Shown here: positions 58,810 to 62,376 of the stretch, one piece after another | Numbering within the stretch: the stretch's first letter is position 1 | Layout: every line of letters begins with the position of its first letter | Notes under the pieces: generated by a model | What the model saw: the letters and a program-made list of their open reading frames with translations, nothing else | What the model was told of the DNA's origin: nothing | The model's database searches: none | NCBI GenBank assembly: GCA_049453775.1 | Contig: JBMTXT010000001.1 | Location: 1 to 62,376 of the forward strand | Source of the DNA: Gemmatimonadaceae bacterium | Lineage (GTDB): Bacteria > Gemmatimonadota > Gemmatimonadetes > Gemmatimonadales > Gemmatimonadaceae | Length of the DNA stretch: 62,376 nucleotides | Reading direction: 5' to 3' | Program-made: the position numbers and the translations under genes

Positions 58810-60331
58810 GGCGCCGGCGCTCCTCCAGCTCCGCCCGCACGTCGTAGGCTCGATCCTCGGTGAGCGGATAGCCCGCCATCACCCAGAGGGCGATCCCGGA
58901 CGCGAGGAACGGGATCCCGATGTCGGCGAGCCGGAGCAGGAGGAGTGTCCGGTCGGACTGCGCGCCCCCGAGCGCCACGTCGAAGCCGGTGGCGTTGAGG
59001 ATGAGTCCCCCCGCCGCGAGGGCGACCGCCATCCCCACCTTCACCACCCACCAGAAGATCGAACCGAACATCCCCTCGCGCCGTTGGTGCGTCTGCAGTT
59101 CGTCGGTGTCCACGACATCGGCGATCATCGCCCCCATGAGGGTGAAGAGCCCACCGAGCCCGAAGGCGAGGAAGGGGGCGGGCACCAAGAGCAGCCAGGG
59201 ACGTGCCGGGTCGTAACAGACCCACTTGAGCGCATACCCCACCATGGAGAGACCAGTGGAGACGAAGAACGCGCGCTGCTTCCCGACGCGCGTCGCCAGC
59301 CAGGTGATGAGCGCGATGACGCCGAAGGTTGAAATGGCCCCGAGCGTGCCCGCATAGCCCGTGTAGCGTGCCCCGAGCTCCTGATCCCCGCCGAACACGT
59401 AGTAGATGACCACGTACGACTGGAACGACGAGATCATGATGAACCCGTTGAAGACCAGGAAGGTCGCGATGCAGAGGCGACGGAACGGACCACTGCGGAG
59501 CGTCGCCCCGAACCCGCGCTGAAAGGCCACCGTCTGCGATCGCACCGCAGCCCAGCGCCCCGGCGAGGGGACCCCTGCCACCGCCGAGGGCGCGGACGCA
59601 CGGATCGCTCGCTCGCTGAGCACGATCGCCGGGATCACTCCGACGACGATGGCCACGACCCCGATCCCGATGGCGAGTCCCCGCGCGCCCTCGATCGGCG
59701 TCGGGAACCACGCCCGGTTCGTCATGATCCAGAGGAACCAGGGCGAGACGATGTACGCCAACTGCGCGATGAAGTTCTGGACCCCCATGAGTCGGGTGCG
59801 CTCATGATAGTCGGGGGTGAGCTCATAGCCGAGCGCGACCCAAGGCGTCGCGAAGATCGTATAGCCGAGATAGAAGATCGTCGAGCCGAAGGTGAAATAC
59901 CAGAAATACCAGAGCTCGCTCTTCCCCACCGGGAGGAACCAGAGCGCGACGAAGGAGAGCCCCGCGAAGATCGCGCCGATGAAGATGTAGGGGCGCCGCC
60001 GCCCCCAGCGGGACCGCGTCCCATCGGAGAGGAAGCCCATCAGCGGGTCGGTGAGGGCATCGGTGATCCGCGGGAGCGCGCTCGCGAGTCCCACCAGCGC
60101 GGGGTTCATCCCGAACCCGAGGTTGAGGATGATCAACATCCCGCCGATCGCCGCCGCGAGGGTGTTGTTCACGAATCCGCCGAGCCCGTACGCGATCTTG
60201 TGTCCGAAGGCGATGCGGTCCTCCGGGGGCGTGCGGTGCCGCGGCCGGGAAGGTTCACGGGAGCCAAGGCGACGATGCCACGCTGAGAGCGCGACACGAA
60301 AGGTCCCGGTCCGACGCATCGAGTCGTGCAT
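58796..60331 (-). CDS. MFS glycoside-pentoside-hexuronide (MelB-like) transporter
   Basis: DALTDPLMGFLSDGTRSRWGRRRPY, ELTPDYHERTRL, ADVVD...RREG. ATG at 60331 overlaps the GH16 stop. Confidence 0.92.
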   Translation of the reverse strand: MHDSMRRTGTFRVALSAWHRRLGSREPSRPRHRTPPEDRIAFGHKIAYGLGGFVNNTLAAAIGGMLIILNLGFGMNPALVGLASALPRITDALTDPLMGFLSDGTRSRWGRRRPYIFIGAIFAGLSFVALWFLPVGKSELWYFWYFTFGSTIFYLGYTIFATPWVALGYELTPDYHERTRLMGVQNFIAQLAYIVSPWFLWIMTNRAWFPTPIEGARGLAIGIGVVAIVVGVIPAIVLSERAIRASAPSAVAGVPSPGRWAAVRSQTVAFQRGFGATLRSGPFRRLCIATFLVFNGFIMISSFQSYVVIYYVFGGDQELGARYTGYAGTLGAISTFGVIALITWLATRVGKQRAFFVSTGLSMVGYALKWVCYDPARPWLLLVPAPFLAFGLGGLFTLMGAMIADVVDTDELQTHQRREGMFGSIFWWVVKVGMAVALAAGGLILNATGFDVALGGAQSDRTLLLLRLADIGIPFLASGIALWVMAGYPLTEDRAYDVRAELEERRRLTPA

Positions 60332-61122
60332 CACTTCACCTCTTGGTAGACGCGGACCCAATCGACGAGCAAGGTCTGCGGAAAGCGGGTACTCGCGTCA
60401 GGGGCGCCGACGAACCCCCCACCGACGGCCAGATTGAGGATGATGAAAAACTCATGATCGAAGACCCACGCGCCCGGCTGGTCGCCCTTCGCGACCAGAT
60501 GATAGAGCGTGTCGTCGACATAGAAGCGGATGTCCCGTGGGGTCCAGTCCACGCGGAACACATGGAAGTCGTCATCGAAGCGCCCGCCCGAGAGCGTGTA
60601 CTTCCGCGTGAGCGCGGCCCCGCCGGAATACCCCGGGCCGTGCATCGATCCATGCACGACGCTCGGTTCCTGGCCGCGGTACTCCATGATGTCGATCTCC
60701 CCCGAGCGCGGCCATCCCACGGAGGGGAAGTTCGCGCCAAGCAACCAGAAGGCCGGCCAGAGCCCCCGCCCCGTCGGCATCTTGATCCGCGCTTCGAATC
60801 GCCCGTAGCGGAACTGCTGCCGGCCGAGCGTCTTCAGTCGAGCGGAGGTATAGCCCCGAGTGAGATAGGACTCCTGACGCGCGGTGATCGCGAGATGCCC
60901 CGCACCGTCGAGCGCCGAGTTGGTGCGCCGGTCCGTGTCGTACTCAAGCTGGGCATTCCCCCAGTCCGTGCCGATGTCGGGGACCCAGACGAGGGGATCG
61001 GGAGCCGCCCCAGCGGGCCCCTCGAACTCATCGGCCCAGACCAGGGCGTACTCAGGCTCGGTGACTCCGCCACAGGCCACGAGGGACAGGAGGAGACCGA
61101 TGAACGCAGGACGGAGACGCAT
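60331..61122 (-). CDS. GH16 laminarinase-type endo-beta-1,3-glucanase, lipoprotein
   Basis: Lipobox LVAC, WADEF, YTSARL, GLWPAFW, WPRSGEIDIME (beta-bulge catalytic motif), LNLAVGG, VDWVRVY. Confidence 0.93.
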   Translation of the reverse strand: MRLRPAFIGLLLSLVACGGVTEPEYALVWADEFEGPAGAAPDPLVWVPDIGTDWGNAQLEYDTDRRTNSALDGAGHLAITARQESYLTRGYTSARLKTLGRQQFRYGRFEARIKMPTGRGLWPAFWLLGANFPSVGWPRSGEIDIMEYRGQEPSVVHGSMHGPGYSGGAALTRKYTLSGGRFDDDFHVFRVDWTPRDIRFYVDDTLYHLVAKGDQPGAWVFDHEFFIILNLAVGGGFVGAPDASTRFPQTLLVDWVRVYQEVK

Positions 61123-61162
61123 GGGGGGATGCGGGAGGGAGGGCGTCGGCTGAGCGGTGGGC

Positions 61163-62356
61163 TCAGCCCGTGGCCGACCGATCGAGGATGGGGCGGAGCC
61201 GCCGCGGATCGTGGAGCGCCGCGTCGAGGACGAGGGTTGCCGCGCCGATCGCGACGCCCAGGGCGCCCAGGGTGCTGGCGCGAATCTCGGTCGCCGCCGC
61301 CGCGGGGACGAAGGTGCGTCGGAGTGCCGTGGCCCGGAGCGGCGTGATGAGCCTCTCTCCCAGCCCCGCGATCCGACCCCCGAGGATCACGGCGGCCGGG
61401 TTCAGGAGATTGAGCATCCCGGCGATGGCGATGCCGAGATGCTCGGCGACCTCATGGATGACCTGCAACGCGAGAGGGTCGTCGGCGCGCGCGGCCTCCT
61501 CGAGGCGTGCGAGGGTGGGCTGGCCGTCCGCGAGGAGACTCTGCGGATAGACCGCGCGCAGTGCCACGATGCGCGCGGCGAGCGCCGGCCCCCCCCCGAA
61601 GGTGGTGAGACACCCCCGATTGCCGCAGTTGCAGGTCTCCCCGCGTGGATCGATGGCGATATGTCCGATCTCCCCGCCGACCCCGCTCGCCCCGCGATGG
61701 ATCCGTCCATCGATCACGTGCCCTGCCCCGATCCCGGTCCCGAGCTTGATGTACGCGAAGTGGTCGAGTCCCTGTGCGGCCCCCCACCAGCGTTCGGCGA
61801 GGGCACCGAGGTTGGCATCATTGTCCACCTGGACGGGCACCCGCAGGTCCGCGCAGAGTGCGTCGAGGCCATGTCGCCCGTCCCACGCCGGCATCGCGAT
61901 CGGGGAGAGGCGATCGGGGTGTCGGATATCGACGGGGCTCGGCACACCGATCCCGATCCCGATGAGCCGATCCCTCGTCCCCTCGCCGCCCTCGGCGAGG
62001 ACGGCATCGATCAGCCGTCGGATGAGCCGACGCGTCCCCTCCGGATCCCCCTGGACGGCATACGGCTCCCGTGCGGACGCGAGGACCCGCGCCCGCAGGT
62101 CGGTGCAGACCACCGTGACGTGCGCCGCTCCCATATCCACGCCGACGATCGTCCGCGACGCGTCCTGGAACTCGAGCACGATCGGCCGACGGCCGCCACG
62201 CGAGACCCCCTCCCCCGCCTCGACGACGAGTCCCGTCCCAAGCAGGGTCTCGACGATCTCCGAGACGGTGGACCGGGAGAGATCGGCCCGACGCGCGATC
62301 TCCGCGCGGGAGATCCGCCGCTCCTCCCAGATCAGCCGGAGGACGGCGTCCGACAA
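61163..62356 (-). CDS. ROK-family transcriptional repressor (XylR/NagC-like); the start may lie beyond the window
   Basis: HTH ISRAEIARRADLSRSTVS, GGRRP, NDANLGALAE, GTGIGAG, GEIGH, CNCGNRGC. The frame is open to the window edge. Confidence 0.93.
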   Translation of the reverse strand: MSDAVLRLIWEERRISRAEIARRADLSRSTVSEIVETLLGTGLVVEAGEGVSRGGRRPIVLEFQDASRTIVGVDMGAAHVTVVCTDLRARVLASAREPYAVQGDPEGTRRLIRRLIDAVLAEGGEGTRDRLIGIGIGVPSPVDIRHPDRLSPIAMPAWDGRHGLDALCADLRVPVQVDNDANLGALAERWWGAAQGLDHFAYIKLGTGIGAGHVIDGRIHRGASGVGGEIGHIAIDPRGETCNCGNRGCLTTFGGGPALAARIVALRAVYPQSLLADGQPTLARLEEAARADDPLALQVIHEVAEHLGIAIAGMLNLLNPAAVILGGRIAGLGERLITPLRATALRRTFVPAAAATEIRASTLGALGVAIGAATLVLDAALHDPRRLRPILDRSATG

Positions 62357-62376
62357 CGCGGGTGGGGGGGGCCCGG

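Overview
High-GC (about 70%) chromosomal window from a diderm bacterium. Gene content and order suggest Gemmatimonadota, which is my inference and has not been tested. Left part (1-36.4 kb): 30 CDS plus tRNA-Val, all on the minus strand, in the order tilS-hpt-ftsH-yggS-ileS-dksA-lspA-rluA-like-peptidase-small membrane protein-tRNA-Val-TPR protein. These are followed by a dcw cluster lacking mraZ (rsmH, ftsL, ftsI, murE, murF, mraY, murD, ftsW, murG, murC, ftsQ, ftsA, ftsZ) that runs on into an M23 peptidase, a vWA-like membrane protein, ftsY, recG, asnS and deoC (truncated). A roughly 1 kb divergent spacer (36.4-37.4 kb) holds an unannotated 57-aa membrane protein, a possible structured RNA, an AT-rich core with DnaA-box-like 9-mers and a 63-bp nested dyad. 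It may be oriC or another DnaA-box cluster. Right part: pntAa-pntAb-pntB, a CruG-like carotenoid glycosyltransferase, a secreted oligopeptidase B, a hotdog/NMO/AIM24/S45-acylase operon, argG, an NTPase-DUF305-LVIVD operon, and a beta-1,3-glucan locus (ROK regulator, GH16 lipoprotein, MFS transporter, GH3, and a glycoside hydrolase apparently fused to an outer-membrane beta-barrel, with a candidate ROK operator). I saw no mobile elements, CRISPR arrays or rRNA. The best leads are the GH/beta-barrel fusion, the DUF305-LVIVD metal-binding pair, the DnaA-box region, recurrent leaderless promoters and a GIHH-motif IleRS2. All family calls come from motif recognition by eye; no searches were run.
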